Below are positions 9,243-19,559 of a stretch of DNA of 64,000 nt, one piece after another (position 1 is the stretch's first letter; every line of letters starts with the position of its first letter). The notes under the pieces were generated by a model. It was not told the DNA's origin. It was given only the letters and a program-made list of their open reading frames with translations, and did not search any database. Origin of the DNA: Chloroherpetonaceae bacterium (GTDB taxonomy: Bacteria > Bacteroidota > Chlorobiia > Chlorobiales > Thermochlorobacteraceae); contig JBDNCJ010000001.1 of NCBI GenBank assembly GCA_046719715.1, positions 9,592 to 73,591 of the forward strand, written 5' to 3'. A program made the translations under genes and the position numbers.

Positions 9243-11069
9243 TCAACTTGGCTGTTTCAAGCGGCGCAATTCTTCGCGGGCGGATTTCACTAAGAAACTG
9301 CGCGGATACGTTTTGATGAGCTGTTCAAAATACGTGATGGCTTTTTCGCGATTCTTCAAGACTTGTTCGGAAAGTTTGCCGAGCCTAAAAAGCGATTGAT
9401 CGGCGTAATAACTTTTCGGATATGTGGTCAAAAGTTGCTCATGCGTTTCCATTGCACGGTTCGGTGCGAGTGTTTCTTCGAGGTCGGCTTTTTTGAAGAG
9501 CGCGTCGTCGGTGAGAATTGAGCCGCCGAAATCGCTAAGCCACGTTTTGAGCGACTCGAGGGCGACGGCGTTTTTTTGCTGAGCGATGTGCTTTTCAATC
9601 AGTGCGAAGCGTCGTAAGGCGTCAAGGGCTTTGGGATTTTTAACGGTGTCGCCAATTCCCTTCAAAATGGTGAGACGCTGCAGAAGCGCATCGTTACTGG
9701 CTTCGCGGGGCGATTCAATGTTAGAGAAGTGTTTAAGAGCGTCATCAAAGTTGGCTTCGTAGTAGGCAAGTTGTCCAAGCAAGAGCGTCGCATCGGCTTT
9801 TAGGCGCGGCGTCAAGAAGGGACGCGAAAGCATTTGGTTCAAAATCGCTCGTGCTTCTGAAAAATTATCTTCGGCGAAATGAATCTGTGCTAAAAGCAAT
9901 TCGGCACGGCGAAGTGTCGGCGTGTTGGGATAGCGTTGCGAGAGCCATTCAAGCGTCGATTTTGATTCCGATAATGATTTCAGAAGTCGGAACTGCAATT
10001 CGGCGACGGTCAAGAGGGCTTCGGGTGATTCAGGCGATTGGGGGTAGGCGGCAACGTAGTCTTTGTAAGCGCGAATCGCTTCCTGAATTTTTTGAACTTG
10101 ATTCGATGTGGCTTGATGGGCTTCGGAGTCCAAGACGCGGGCAAGCCCTAACTTTCCCATTTGGACCGCATGGACGCTGGCGTCCATTGTAACGGCGGCT
10201 TGGAAGGCTTTTCGTGCGGCAGGCAAGGCGTTCTGTGCGAGTGCAGATTGCGCGAAGGCAATGAGCTGTCCGCCGCCTGCGTTGAGTTCACGGTCGCGAT
10301 ACAAGGCTTCGTTGTATGCGTTTTCAAAATCGCCGACTTCCATGTAGAGCGAGAGCAGAAGTTGCGAAATGAGTTGGCGCGGCAGGTCGCGGTACTTTGA
10401 TTTTTCTTCCTCCACCGTCTTGATGGTTTCTCGGAGCAAGTTGGGATTTGATTTTTGAGCGTAGCTTGAAATTTGTGCGCGAATGCGTTGAAAGTCGGGC
10501 ATATCGGAATCGAGCAGTTTGAGGTATTCGCGCGTCGCGTCGTTGTAGCGGTTGAGGAAGAGGAACGCATCGGCGAGGTCGTCGGCAAAAAGCATGTCGG
10601 GGTTGTCGGTTGAGCCGCGCAATTTTTGGCGCGATTCCAAGGCGGCTTTCGGAACGCGGTCAATCATCCGTTCCTTTTTGAGCGCGAAAATGATGGCGGC
10701 GAAGTCGGGGAGGCTCTTTGCACGTGAAATCAGTTGTTGGAGCATGTCGTCGCCTTTTTTTCCATCGCCTTTGGCGTAGTAGCACTGCATCAGCATGAGC
10801 ATGGCGGCTTGGCGATTTTCTTTGCGGTCAAGTTCTTTTGTGATGAGCGCAATGGCTTTCTCGTATTGGCGCGATTCGTAGAGCGAGACGCGAAGGCGGT
10901 CGAAGTAAAGTTGGGACGTCGGATTTTGTTCGTAGAGTTTTTGAAATCGCTCCGCCGCTTGTTCGTAATTTTGCGCCTGAAAAAAACTTTCGGCAAGTTG
11001 GTAGTCGCCGCGATTTTGCGCGTTCAAGGTAGGCGCAATCAAGAGAAGACCAATCAGCACTCGTTTCAT
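9243..11069 (-). CDS. Secreted tetratricopeptide-repeat protein
   Basis: Signal peptide (LLLIAPTLNAQ), many TPR-like helical pairs, and a YbgF-like TPR C-terminus. Confidence 0.7.
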   Translation of the reverse strand: MKRVLIGLLLIAPTLNAQNRGDYQLAESFFQAQNYEQAAERFQKLYEQNPTSQLYFDRLRVSLYESRQYEKAIALITKELDRKENRQAAMLMLMQCYYAKGDGKKGDDMLQQLISRAKSLPDFAAIIFALKKERMIDRVPKAALESRQKLRGSTDNPDMLFADDLADAFLFLNRYNDATREYLKLLDSDMPDFQRIRAQISSYAQKSNPNLLRETIKTVEEEKSKYRDLPRQLISQLLLSLYMEVGDFENAYNEALYRDRELNAGGGQLIAFAQSALAQNALPAARKAFQAAVTMDASVHAVQMGKLGLARVLDSEAHQATSNQVQKIQEAIRAYKDYVAAYPQSPESPEALLTVAELQFRLLKSLSESKSTLEWLSQRYPNTPTLRRAELLLAQIHFAEDNFSEARAILNQMLSRPFLTPRLKADATLLLGQLAYYEANFDDALKHFSNIESPREASNDALLQRLTILKGIGDTVKNPKALDALRRFALIEKHIAQQKNAVALESLKTWLSDFGGSILTDDALFKKADLEETLAPNRAMETHEQLLTTYPKSYYADQSLFRLGKLSEQVLKNREKAITYFEQLIKTYPRSFLVKSAREELRRLKQPS

Positions 11070-11092
11070 GGATAACTCAAATTCAAGGTTGA

Positions 11093-11884
11093 ATGACGGT
11101 TCATTTTACAAAAATGTCTGGCGCGGGCAATGATTTTATCATGATTGATAATCGCACCGAAAAGCGTGTTTTTCCCGAAGCGCAAATCGCCAAGTGGTGC
11201 AGGCGCGGCACAGGTATCGGCGCAGATGGCTTGATTTTATTGGAAGACTCGAGCGACTGCGATTTTACGATGCGCTACTACAACGCCGACGGCAAACTTG
11301 GCTCAATGTGTGGCAACGGCGGTCGATGTGTAACGCGCTTCGCCCAACACGTTGGCATTAAGAAAACACAATTTACCTTCGAAGCCAACGGCGAAATTTA
11401 TCACTCCGAAATTTTGCCCAATGGTCAAGTCAAACTACACATGACGCCCCCAAAAGCGTTCCGCGATAAGTTCATCGTCGAGGGCTATGAAACGTATTTC
11501 ATCGACACGGGCTCGCCTCATGCCATTGTCTATGTCAGCGACCTTGAAGGGTTTGACGTGTTCAACGAAGGCAGGAAAATTCGTTCAAACAAAATGCACT
11601 TTGCAGAAGGCGCGAACGTGAATTTTCTCGAGGTGACGGCACCCGACGCAATTCGCATTCGCACATTTGAGCGCGGCGTTGAACAGGAAACGCTGGCATG
11701 CGGAACAGGCTGTGTGGCATCGGCGGTGGTGAGTTATCGTTTGGGAAAAATCAACGCGAAAAATGTAACGCTTCACGTGCAAAGCGGCGAGTGCGTGCAA
11801 GTCGAGTTCGACGAAAGGTTTCAAGACGTGCATTTAATCGGCTCTGCCGAGCTGGTCTTTGAAGGTCGGGTCGAGATGCGTTGA
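11093..11884 (+). CDS. dapF: Diaminopimelate epimerase
   Basis: Blocks MSGAGNDFIMIDNR, CGNGGRC and ACGTG, which carry the two catalytic Cys residues. Confidence 0.93.
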   Translation: MTVHFTKMSGAGNDFIMIDNRTEKRVFPEAQIAKWCRRGTGIGADGLILLEDSSDCDFTMRYYNADGKLGSMCGNGGRCVTRFAQHVGIKKTQFTFEANGEIYHSEILPNGQVKLHMTPPKAFRDKFIVEGYETYFIDTGSPHAIVYVSDLEGFDVFNEGRKIRSNKMHFAEGANVNFLEVTAPDAIRIRTFERGVEQETLACGTGCVASAVVSYRLGKINAKNVTLHVQSGECVQVEFDERFQDVHLIGSAELVFEGRVEMR

Positions 11885-11896
11885 TTAAACGCGGAG

Positions 11897-13261
11897 TTAT
11901 TTTTTGACCAAGCGAATCGAGAATGCGCCGTCGAGGTGATGTCGGTGCGGCAGAATTTCAACCGCACCCGATTCGCAAACATACTGATGAAGTGAGGCGG
12001 GCAAAACTTCGCTCGCACTTTGCACGCGCCAATCGGGGTGGGCTTCGAGAAAGGATTCAATTTGTCGATAATTTTCTTCGGGCTCGAGCGAGCATGTGGC
12101 ATAAACAATGACGCCGTCGTCTTTAACGCAATGCAGGGCGTTTTCAAGAAGTTCGCGTTGCAATTTTTGCATCGTAACAATATCGTTTGGCGAAAGTCGC
12201 CAACGAAGTTCAGCGCGTCGCGCTAAAACGCCCGTGCCTGAACAGGGCGCGTCGAGCAAGACTTTATCGTATTTCTCCATCGGCGCAAATTTTCGAGCGT
12301 CGCCCTTGACGGCTTCAATGATGTCGATGCCGAGCGTTTGTGCTTGTGAGTGAATTTGTTGGAGTTTATTATCGTAGAGGTCAATCGCTGTGATGCGTCC
12401 GAGATTGTTCATTCTTTCGGCGAGAAAGGTTGATTTTCCGCCGGGCGCGGCGCACATATCCAAAATACGCTCGCCGGGCTTCGGGTCGAGAAGCAGGCAG
12501 GCGATGCCTTGCGACTCGCTTTGAACCGAGACCAATCCTTCTTTCAAAAACGCTTCCATATCGAAAAAGCGGTCGGGCGTAACGAAGCCGAGAACGGGGC
12601 TTTCTTGAAAGACAAGTTTGGATTGCGCAAGCCGCTCACGAAACGCGCCGATTGCGGTTTTGAGCGTATTGACTCGAAAAGAAACCTTCGGAATTTGATT
12701 GTTCGCCGACATCAACTCCTGCACTTCGCTGAACCCGAATCGCTCCAACCAGCGGTCCAGAAGCCACTTCGGGTGCGAGTATTGGAGCGCGATTTGGTCG
12801 GCAAACGTGCCGCCTTTCGTCTTGAAACTCACCGACTCGATGTTGTTGGCGATGTTGCGCAAGACGCCATTAACAAGGTTGCCAAGAAATTGATTCTTGA
12901 GCCGTTTCGCCAATTCAACCGATTCATTGACCGCCGCCCATTTCGGCACTTTGGAAAGGTAAAAAAGTTGATAGACGGCGATGCGCAGAATGTTTTTCAC
13001 ATCGGCGTCCATCTTGTTGTAATCGTGCTTGTAGAACTGTTGAATGATGTAGTCAATCTTCATTTTCTCGCGCAACGTGCCGTAGACCATGTGCATGGCG
13101 AAGGCTTTATCGACGGCGTCGAGCGGCGAGATGGAAAACTGCGTTGTGATCGCCGTGTCGGACTTCACGCCGCCAAAATCAACTTCACGTAAAACTTTAA
13201 CAGCGACCTCTCTTGCGGTCATAATGTTCGATTTAGAAGGTTCTTTCTGCTTTGAGTCCAT
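11897..13261 (-). CDS. rsmB: 16S rRNA (cytosine-C5)-methyltransferase RsmB/Sun
   Basis: A NusB-like N-domain, the SAM motif DMCAAPGGKS, and DAPCSGTG and YATCS catalytic Cys blocks. The start is ambiguous: ATG at 13261, ATG at 13222, or TTG at 13321. Confidence 0.88.
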   Translation of the reverse strand: MDSKQKEPSKSNIMTAREVAVKVLREVDFGGVKSDTAITTQFSISPLDAVDKAFAMHMVYGTLREKMKIDYIIQQFYKHDYNKMDADVKNILRIAVYQLFYLSKVPKWAAVNESVELAKRLKNQFLGNLVNGVLRNIANNIESVSFKTKGGTFADQIALQYSHPKWLLDRWLERFGFSEVQELMSANNQIPKVSFRVNTLKTAIGAFRERLAQSKLVFQESPVLGFVTPDRFFDMEAFLKEGLVSVQSESQGIACLLLDPKPGERILDMCAAPGGKSTFLAERMNNLGRITAIDLYDNKLQQIHSQAQTLGIDIIEAVKGDARKFAPMEKYDKVLLDAPCSGTGVLARRAELRWRLSPNDIVTMQKLQRELLENALHCVKDDGVIVYATCSLEPEENYRQIESFLEAHPDWRVQSASEVLPASLHQYVCESGAVEILPHRHHLDGAFSIRLVKK

Positions 13262-13511
13262 AACGACTTCGATTGCTCCAAAACAGAGTTCAGTTGTAGC
13301 TAAATGATTTTTATTAAGCAACGCGTACCGCTTTTGAGGGCGACTGCAACGCGATGAAAATGTGCTTAGGAATGTTCAGGCGTTTCGCTAAGCCGTGATG
13401 AAATAGATACTTACAACAGCAGACGAATGTTAGAGGCAAAATTTATTACACTTTTTCAAGCATAAAAGTTCTTTTCACGGAAAGGGAAAGATTATTCGGT
13501 CGATTCGTCTG

Positions 13512-14567
13512 CTAAGTGGTGAGATTATAGCGTTTAAGGGCTTCATCAAGCACGCGGTTGATGAGAGCGTTGAAATCCATGCCCGCCATGCGCGCCGCCA
13601 AGGGAAAGCAAGAGTGTTCGTCCGGGTTCGGCAAAATTCCGGGAAGCGGATTAACTTCGATGATAAACGGCTTGCCCTGTTCATCTAAGCGAACATCGAT
13701 GCGCGACCAATCTCGGCAGCGCAGTGCCAAAAATGCACGCTTGCAGAGTGAGCGAATTTCATCAGCAAGTTCTTCGGTAATCGGTGCGGGGCATTTGAAA
13801 ACCTCGACGGGATTCGCGGGGTCGTCCCAAAGCCACTTCGCCTCGTAGGAATAAATTTTCCGTGAGTCTTTTGGCAAGTGCTCAAAGAGCAGTTCAATAA
13901 TCGGAAGCACCTCGAGTGTTTCTCCGTTTCCGATAAGCGCGACCGTGAATTCGCGTCCCGAAAGAAATTGCTCGACCAACGCGGGCTGTTTGTATTGCTC
14001 GATGACTTCGCGAAGTTGGCGCGACAGTTCTTCAACCGAATAAACCACCGACCGCTCAAAAACGCCTTTGCTCGACCCTTCGTAAAGCGGCTTAACGATG
14101 AGCGGAAATTGGTGCGACTCGGTCAAAAATGCCTTGCCTTCACGAAGCGTGTGAATGACGTGAAACGGAGGCGTTGGAATTTGGTAGTAAGAAAGAATTT
14201 CTTTTGTGCGGGCTTTGTCGAGCGTCAGGCACAAGGTGGCGGGGTCGGAAGCGGTGTAGCAGAGGCGCATCATATCGAGCAGTGCGGGAATTTGCGCTTC
14301 ACGGCTTGGCTCTCCGATGCCTTCGGTGATGTTGAAGCAAATATCGGGCTTCTCCTCGAGAAGTGTTGAGATGATTTGTTGGAGGCGGGAAGGATTGCAA
14401 TCAATCTTGACGACGTCGCATCGCTCGCGTAGGGCGTTGGCAACGGCGTCTATCGTTTCGGGATTATCCCACTCCGCGAATTCATCGCTTTGATACCTCG
14501 ATGCGTTTTTCTGCGATGCGCGTTCCGGTAGGTCAGGTTTTTGATTGTAAAGCAGAGCGACTTTCAT
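13512..14567 (-). CDS. D-alanine--D-alanine ligase-family ATP-grasp enzyme
   Basis: ATP-grasp blocks PLIVKP..EGSSKGV, EQFL.GREFTV and IIEVNPLPG. The ATGA overlap with the upstream BON gene suggests translational coupling. Confidence 0.75.
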   Translation of the reverse strand: MKVALLYNQKPDLPERASQKNASRYQSDEFAEWDNPETIDAVANALRERCDVVKIDCNPSRLQQIISTLLEEKPDICFNITEGIGEPSREAQIPALLDMMRLCYTASDPATLCLTLDKARTKEILSYYQIPTPPFHVIHTLREGKAFLTESHQFPLIVKPLYEGSSKGVFERSVVYSVEELSRQLREVIEQYKQPALVEQFLSGREFTVALIGNGETLEVLPIIELLFEHLPKDSRKIYSYEAKWLWDDPANPVEVFKCPAPITEELADEIRSLCKRAFLALRCRDWSRIDVRLDEQGKPFIIEVNPLPGILPNPDEHSCFPLAARMAGMDFNALINRVLDEALKRYNLTT

Positions 14568-15013
14568 TGAGCAAGGCTACGAGGCGACGGTTGATGTTGA
14601 GACGAAAAAGGCTCTTTGACCGATGTTTCAACGGATTGCACACCCTCGAGGGCGAGAATGACGTCGCGTGCGTCCGAAAGGTCGTTCTGTTGCTCATGGG
14701 TTGCAACCAGCAAGACTTTACCGTTTTTGACATACACATCAATGCCTTCGATGTGCGACTTTTGCAAAGCACGATCAATTTTCTCAATGAGTTGCCATTC
14801 GGCGGTTAATGCGCTCGGCAGAGCGGCGTTTTCTGCGGATTTTTCCCTGCGCGATAAAAACGGCAAACCCAAACGCGACACCGCCACGCCTAAAGCAAGT
14901 GCCGACGCAATGCCGACCGCTCCCCAAATCCACTTCTTAGAGAACCCGCTTGACGCACTACTTGAGCCGGAAGTCATCGGGGTTTCTTTCGAGGGTATAT
15001 CGGTTGATTTCAT
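14564..15013 (-). CDS. Membrane-anchored BON-domain protein
   Basis: One TM helix, then IEGIDVYVKNGKVLLVAT....DARDVILALEGVQSVE, which is the BON pattern. Confidence 0.6.
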   Translation of the reverse strand: MKSTDIPSKETPMTSGSSSASSGFSKKWIWGAVGIASALALGVAVSRLGLPFLSRREKSAENAALPSALTAEWQLIEKIDRALQKSHIEGIDVYVKNGKVLLVATHEQQNDLSDARDVILALEGVQSVETSVKEPFSSQHQPSPRSLAQ

Positions 15014-15082
15014 TGAACGTGATTCCTTTGCGAACGATAAGGTATAATGCAGAATTATGTATAGAGTGGATAAATAGCGACA

Positions 15083-15148
15083 TCATTCCGAGCAAAGCGA
15101 GGAATCCATCTTCAATGTGGATTCTTCACTTCGCTCCGCTCAGAATGA
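15083..15148. repeat. REP/MITE-like palindromic element, copy A
   Basis: Imperfect inverted repeat TCATTCCGAGCAAAGCGAGGAATCCA ... TGGATTCTTCACTTCGCTCCGCTCAGAATGA. It is homologous to the element at 61649-61707. Confidence 0.7.
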
Positions 15149-15334
15149 CACACAACTGAAGTTAATTTTGTCTCGATACTTATGTGCAAAATTTTGAACT
15201 AAAAACTGCTGTTAAGGTAGAAAGAAAAATCAGTTGTGCAAAATTGAAAAAGCGTGCCGATTTTGCTATTATCGCACTCTCGCATAAACGCTTCACGCTA
15301 ATCTTTTCAACCTTAACTTTTCAAACTTTTTCAA

Positions 15335-16477
15335 ATGTCAAAGAAATTCGTTCATCTGTTTCTCTCCGTCGCCGTTTTTTGTGCATTGACCGCCGCCGAC
15401 GGTGGATGCGGAAGCGCCGATGTTGAAGGCGCGAAACTCTATCTCCGACAAGGCAACACCGACGACGCCATCAAGGCGGCAACCAACGCCATCACCACCG
15501 ACCCCACCAACGGCGAAGCCTACTACATTCTCGGAAAAGCCTATTACGTCAAACAATACAACGATTCCGCCGCCATCGCGCTCAAAAAAGCCATCTCACC
15601 CGGCATGAAAATTTCTGAAACCGATTTAAAGGACGCCACTTTGCTTCTCGGCGAAGTTTGGCGCATTGAGTATAACGCCGGCGCAAGTCTCTTTAATCAA
15701 GCCTACACCGAAAAGGGCGATGAAAGCACGAAGCGCGAGTTGCTCGACCAAGCCGTTACCAAACTGAACCGCGCTATTTTCATTCAGCCCGATAGCAGTG
15801 CATCGTATCGTGCACTTGCCAACTCCAAAGTTTTGCTCAAAGATTTCAAAGGTGCAACCGAAACGCTTGAAAAAGCCATCGCCGTCTCCGAATCCGATAC
15901 CGGCTTGTATATCCAACTCTCGAACATCTACGCTGGTGAACTCAAAGACACCGCGAGAGCCATCAAAGCACTCGAAACCGCATACTCGAAAAATCTGCGC
16001 TCGCCCGAAGTCAATCGATTGCTCGTTACCAATTACTTCCTTGCCAAGCGCAATCGCGAAGCCGAAACAATGGTGCAACAAGCCTTAGCCGTTGAGCCGA
16101 ACAATTCGCTCATGCTCTATCTCTACGGCACGTTGCTTAACGAAAAGAAAGATTACAACGGCGCAATTACACAATTCAAAAAAGTCATTGACACCAACCC
16201 CTCGTTCTTGGATTATGCCTGTTCTTACAACGCCGCCGTCGCTTACTTCAAACTCGCTGAAGCCGATGAAGAAGCCAATAAGCCCAAAGACAAAAAGCGC
16301 GGCAGAAAAGCGCCTGAATACACTGGGCACTACAAATTTTACGAAAGCGCGATTGCCATTTTGAAGCCCGCCGCTGAAGCCGGCAACAGCAAAGATTTCT
16401 GGAGATTTTTAGGGCAACTCTACGCGCGCGTCGGTAAAAATGCCGAAGCAACCGAAGCCCTTGCAAAGTCGAAATAA
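15335..16477 (+). CDS. TPR-repeat lipoprotein
   Basis: Lipobox (ADGGC) and repeated TPR consensus (A..Y..LG.AY......A). Confidence 0.7.
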   Translation: MSKKFVHLFLSVAVFCALTAADGGCGSADVEGAKLYLRQGNTDDAIKAATNAITTDPTNGEAYYILGKAYYVKQYNDSAAIALKKAISPGMKISETDLKDATLLLGEVWRIEYNAGASLFNQAYTEKGDESTKRELLDQAVTKLNRAIFIQPDSSASYRALANSKVLLKDFKGATETLEKAIAVSESDTGLYIQLSNIYAGELKDTARAIKALETAYSKNLRSPEVNRLLVTNYFLAKRNREAETMVQQALAVEPNNSLMLYLYGTLLNEKKDYNGAITQFKKVIDTNPSFLDYACSYNAAVAYFKLAEADEEANKPKDKKRGRKAPEYTGHYKFYESAIAILKPAAEAGNSKDFWRFLGQLYARVGKNAEATEALAKSK

Positions 16478-16493
16478 TTGGCTCTTTGATAAA

Positions 16494-16523
16494 AGCCTCG
16501 CAACTTGCGGGGCTTTTTCTTTT
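16494..16523 (+). terminator. Rho-independent terminator
   Basis: Stem AGCCTCGCA / TGCGGGGCT followed by TTTTTCTTTT. Confidence 0.7.
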
Positions 16524-16649
16524 CCCCATCCTCAACCGAACATTGCATCAACGGTAAAGCGCGCCGCTCAAAAAGGGTTCGAGAATTGACGGTGTCGCAC
16601 GGTTTAATTCAAACTTTAACCACAAAAACCTTAACGCTGAAGTGCTACC

Positions 16650-18221
16650 ATGTCGTTGTCGCAAAATTCGATGCGGCTTGCCGCGATTGATTTAGGAACG
16701 AACTCCTTTCACATGATTATCGTCGAGCTCTTGCCCGATATGAGCTTTCTGACGATTGACCGTGCCAAAGAAATGATTCGAATCGGCGACGGCAGTCTCA
16801 CGACCAAAATGCTCACGGAAGAAGCGATGAAAGAAGGGCTTGAAACGCTCACACGATTTCGCAAACTCGCCGAACAGCGCGGCGTTGAAACACATCACAT
16901 CATTGCCTTTGCCACGAGTGCGATTCGAGAAGCCAAAAACGGCGGGGCGTATATGGAAACGGTCTCTCAAAAAATTGGAATCCGAACCAGTATTATTTCG
17001 GGCGACGAGGAAGCGCGCCTCATCTATCTCGCCATTCGCCAAGCCATTAGTATTAACAGCCGAAAAGCACTGATGCTGGATGTTGGCGGCGGCTCTGTGG
17101 AATTGATGATTGGCGATGGAGAAAAACTCTATCTCGAAGAAAGTAAGAAACTCGGCGTAGCAAGAATGTATGAACGCTTCATCAAGCACGACCCGCCTAC
17201 CGAAAAAGAGCGCACCGAGCTCGAGCAGTTTTTCATTGAGCAGATTACCCCTTTTGCGGCGCGTGCAAAATCCATCGGCTACGATATGGCAATCGCCTCG
17301 AGCGGCACAGCGGAAAACATCGCCTCGATGATTTTCATACAAGAAAATGGACAACCGTTTGAGACGCTCAACGGCAATGCCTTCTCGCGCAAGAGCTTTC
17401 AAAAACTTTACGAGCGGCTTTTACCCATGAAATCAAGCGAGCGTAAAAACATCGAGGGATTAGACCCAAAGCGTGCCGATTTAATTATTCCCGGATTGAT
17501 TTTGTTCGACGTCATCTTTCGCCTCTTCAACCTCAAAGAGATAACCATTTCAGGATATGCGTTGCGCGAAGGCATGGTGATTGATTATCTTTCCAAGCAT
17601 ATTGAGGAATTTCGTCTTATCAATACCATTCCCGACGTGCGTCGGCGCAGCGTCATTGAACTCGCCCGACGTTGCCATTGGGACGAAGCGCGCTCCGTTC
17701 ACATTACCAATCTTGCGCTCCAACTCTTTGATGAACTACAATCTTTACATGGCTTAACGATTCACGAGCGCGAACTGCTTGAGTATGCTACACTGCTTCA
17801 CAACATCGGCTATTTCATTTCGCCGTCGGGACATCACAAGCACAGCCAATACATCATTCTCAACGGCGAGTTGCGTGGGTTCAGTAACGACGAAGTTCAA
17901 GTGATTGCACACATTGCGCGCTATCATCGCAAGTCGCCGCCGAAGCCAGAGCACGCAACCTTTCAGGCGCTTTCATCGAAGCATAAACAAGTAGTCAAGT
18001 ATTGTGCGGCAATACTGCGCATTGCGAACGCACTGGATAGAACACATCGACAAAACGTGCGCGGCGTGAAAGCAAAAATTTCAAACAAAAAAGTTGAACT
18101 GCGGCTGACGATTATGAGCGATGCTGAAATTGAGATTTGGGCAGTGTCGCGCGTTAAGGAAATGTTCGAGGACGTCTTTGAGCGTGCGCTGAGCGTTTCA
18201 GTGGAAGCCGTCGCCGATTGA
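16650..18221 (+). CDS. Ppx/GppA-family phosphatase with C-terminal HD domain
   Basis: N-terminal AAIDLGTNSFHM (ASKHA fold), DVGGGSVE, and the HD block LLHNIG...HHKH. Confidence 0.9.
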   Translation: MSLSQNSMRLAAIDLGTNSFHMIIVELLPDMSFLTIDRAKEMIRIGDGSLTTKMLTEEAMKEGLETLTRFRKLAEQRGVETHHIIAFATSAIREAKNGGAYMETVSQKIGIRTSIISGDEEARLIYLAIRQAISINSRKALMLDVGGGSVELMIGDGEKLYLEESKKLGVARMYERFIKHDPPTEKERTELEQFFIEQITPFAARAKSIGYDMAIASSGTAENIASMIFIQENGQPFETLNGNAFSRKSFQKLYERLLPMKSSERKNIEGLDPKRADLIIPGLILFDVIFRLFNLKEITISGYALREGMVIDYLSKHIEEFRLINTIPDVRRRSVIELARRCHWDEARSVHITNLALQLFDELQSLHGLTIHERELLEYATLLHNIGYFISPSGHHKHSQYIILNGELRGFSNDEVQVIAHIARYHRKSPPKPEHATFQALSSKHKQVVKYCAAILRIANALDRTHRQNVRGVKAKISNKKVELRLTIMSDAEIEIWAVSRVKEMFEDVFERALSVSVEAVAD

Positions 18222-18312
18222 AGACAGCGGTTGCTAAAATTGGCGGGCGTAGAACGTCTCGCCGCTGGGTTGATGTTCAATCTTTCAGCGCATCACTTAA
18301 CCAATTTACTCA

Positions 18313-19551
18313 ATGACACCTCGTTTAGTCGTTCTTGGAACGGGCTTCGGCGCGGTCAGTTTGCTCAAAGACCTTTCGCCCAACCGCTATGCCGTTACGG
18401 TCATCAGTCCTCGCAATCACTTTCTCTTTTCTCCGCTTCTGCCAAGCACGACGGTCGGTACGATTGAATTTTTAAGCATTGCCGAGCCGATTCGTCTCGC
18501 CGCAAGTCATGCGTCGTTTGTTCAAGCCGAAGCAATCGGGTTGGACGCAACGCGCAAGGTGGTGTGTTGCAAGAGCATTTTTGATGGAAAAGAATTTCCG
18601 ATTGAATACGATGTGCTGGTGATTGCCGTTGGTGCGGAAAGCAATACTTTCGGCATTGAAGGCGTTAAAGAGCATACGCTGTTTCTCAAAGAACTCGCGC
18701 ATGCGCGTGCGATTCGTCAAAAAGTGCTGGATAACTTTGAGGCGGCGTCGCTTCCGTCAATCAGCGAAGAGGAGCGAAAAAAATTACTTCACTTCGTCGT
18801 CGTCGGCGGCGGACCGACGGGCGTAGAATATGCGGCGGAACTTGCCGATTTTTTTGACGACGAGGTCAAAGAGCATTTTCCGAACTTGATTCAAGATGCG
18901 CGCATTACGCTGGTAGAGGCGGGCAAGCAAATTTTAAGCACCTTTGACGAACGGTTGTCAAGATATGCCACCAAACTCTTTCAACGTCGGCGCATCACGT
19001 TCATCATGAACGCGCCCGTCAAAAAAGTCGAAGCCGGAAAAGTGCATTTGTCGAGCGGCGAAGTGTTAGAAACGGGGCTTATTGTTTGGTCGACAGGCAA
19101 TGGGGCAAATGCGTTTGTAAAATCTTTACCCTTTCCCAAAGATAGATCTGGACGATTACTCACCGACCGATACTTGCGCATTCCGAGTGTGGAGAATGTC
19201 TTCGCACTTGGCGATTGCGCGACGCTTCAAGACTACACACAGCCCGCTACTGCACAAGTGGCAATGCAGGCTGGAAGATATTTAGCCAAACTTCTCAATG
19301 AAGTCTCTCTCCCAAGCAAAGCCGAAAAAGATATTGCGCCGTTTGAGCGGCAGAATTTTGGAATGCTCGCCTATATCGGCAAAGATGAAGCCCTCGCCGA
19401 TTTGCCGATGATGAAGTGGAGCGGATTTTTAACGTGGATTTTTTGGCGTGCCGCTTATTTAACGAAACTTGTGAGTTTCAAAAACAAGTTGCAAGTGCTC
19501 TTTGATTGGGTACGCTCGCGCATCTTCGGGCGCGACATCAGCCGATTTTAG
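18313..19551 (+). CDS. ndh: Type II NADH dehydrogenase (NDH-2)
   Basis: Two Rossmann motifs, VVLGTGFGA and VVVGGGPTGVE, plus the PRNHFLFSPLLP block and a GDCA site. Confidence 0.88.
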   Translation: MTPRLVVLGTGFGAVSLLKDLSPNRYAVTVISPRNHFLFSPLLPSTTVGTIEFLSIAEPIRLAASHASFVQAEAIGLDATRKVVCCKSIFDGKEFPIEYDVLVIAVGAESNTFGIEGVKEHTLFLKELAHARAIRQKVLDNFEAASLPSISEEERKKLLHFVVVGGGPTGVEYAAELADFFDDEVKEHFPNLIQDARITLVEAGKQILSTFDERLSRYATKLFQRRRITFIMNAPVKKVEAGKVHLSSGEVLETGLIVWSTGNGANAFVKSLPFPKDRSGRLLTDRYLRIPSVENVFALGDCATLQDYTQPATAQVAMQAGRYLAKLLNEVSLPSKAEKDIAPFERQNFGMLAYIGKDEALADLPMMKWSGFLTWIFWRAAYLTKLVSFKNKLQVLFDWVRSRIFGRDISRF

Positions 19552-19559
19552 CAGTCCAA

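Noticed and set aside
13418-13513. An 11-bp perfect inverted repeat (AGCAGACGAAT / ATTCGTCTGCT) flanking 74 nt between the ddl-like gene and rsmB.
   Set aside because: By rough expectation, about one such 11-bp inverted repeat within 100 bp would occur by chance in 64 kb. The loop is too long, and there is no U-tract for a terminator.
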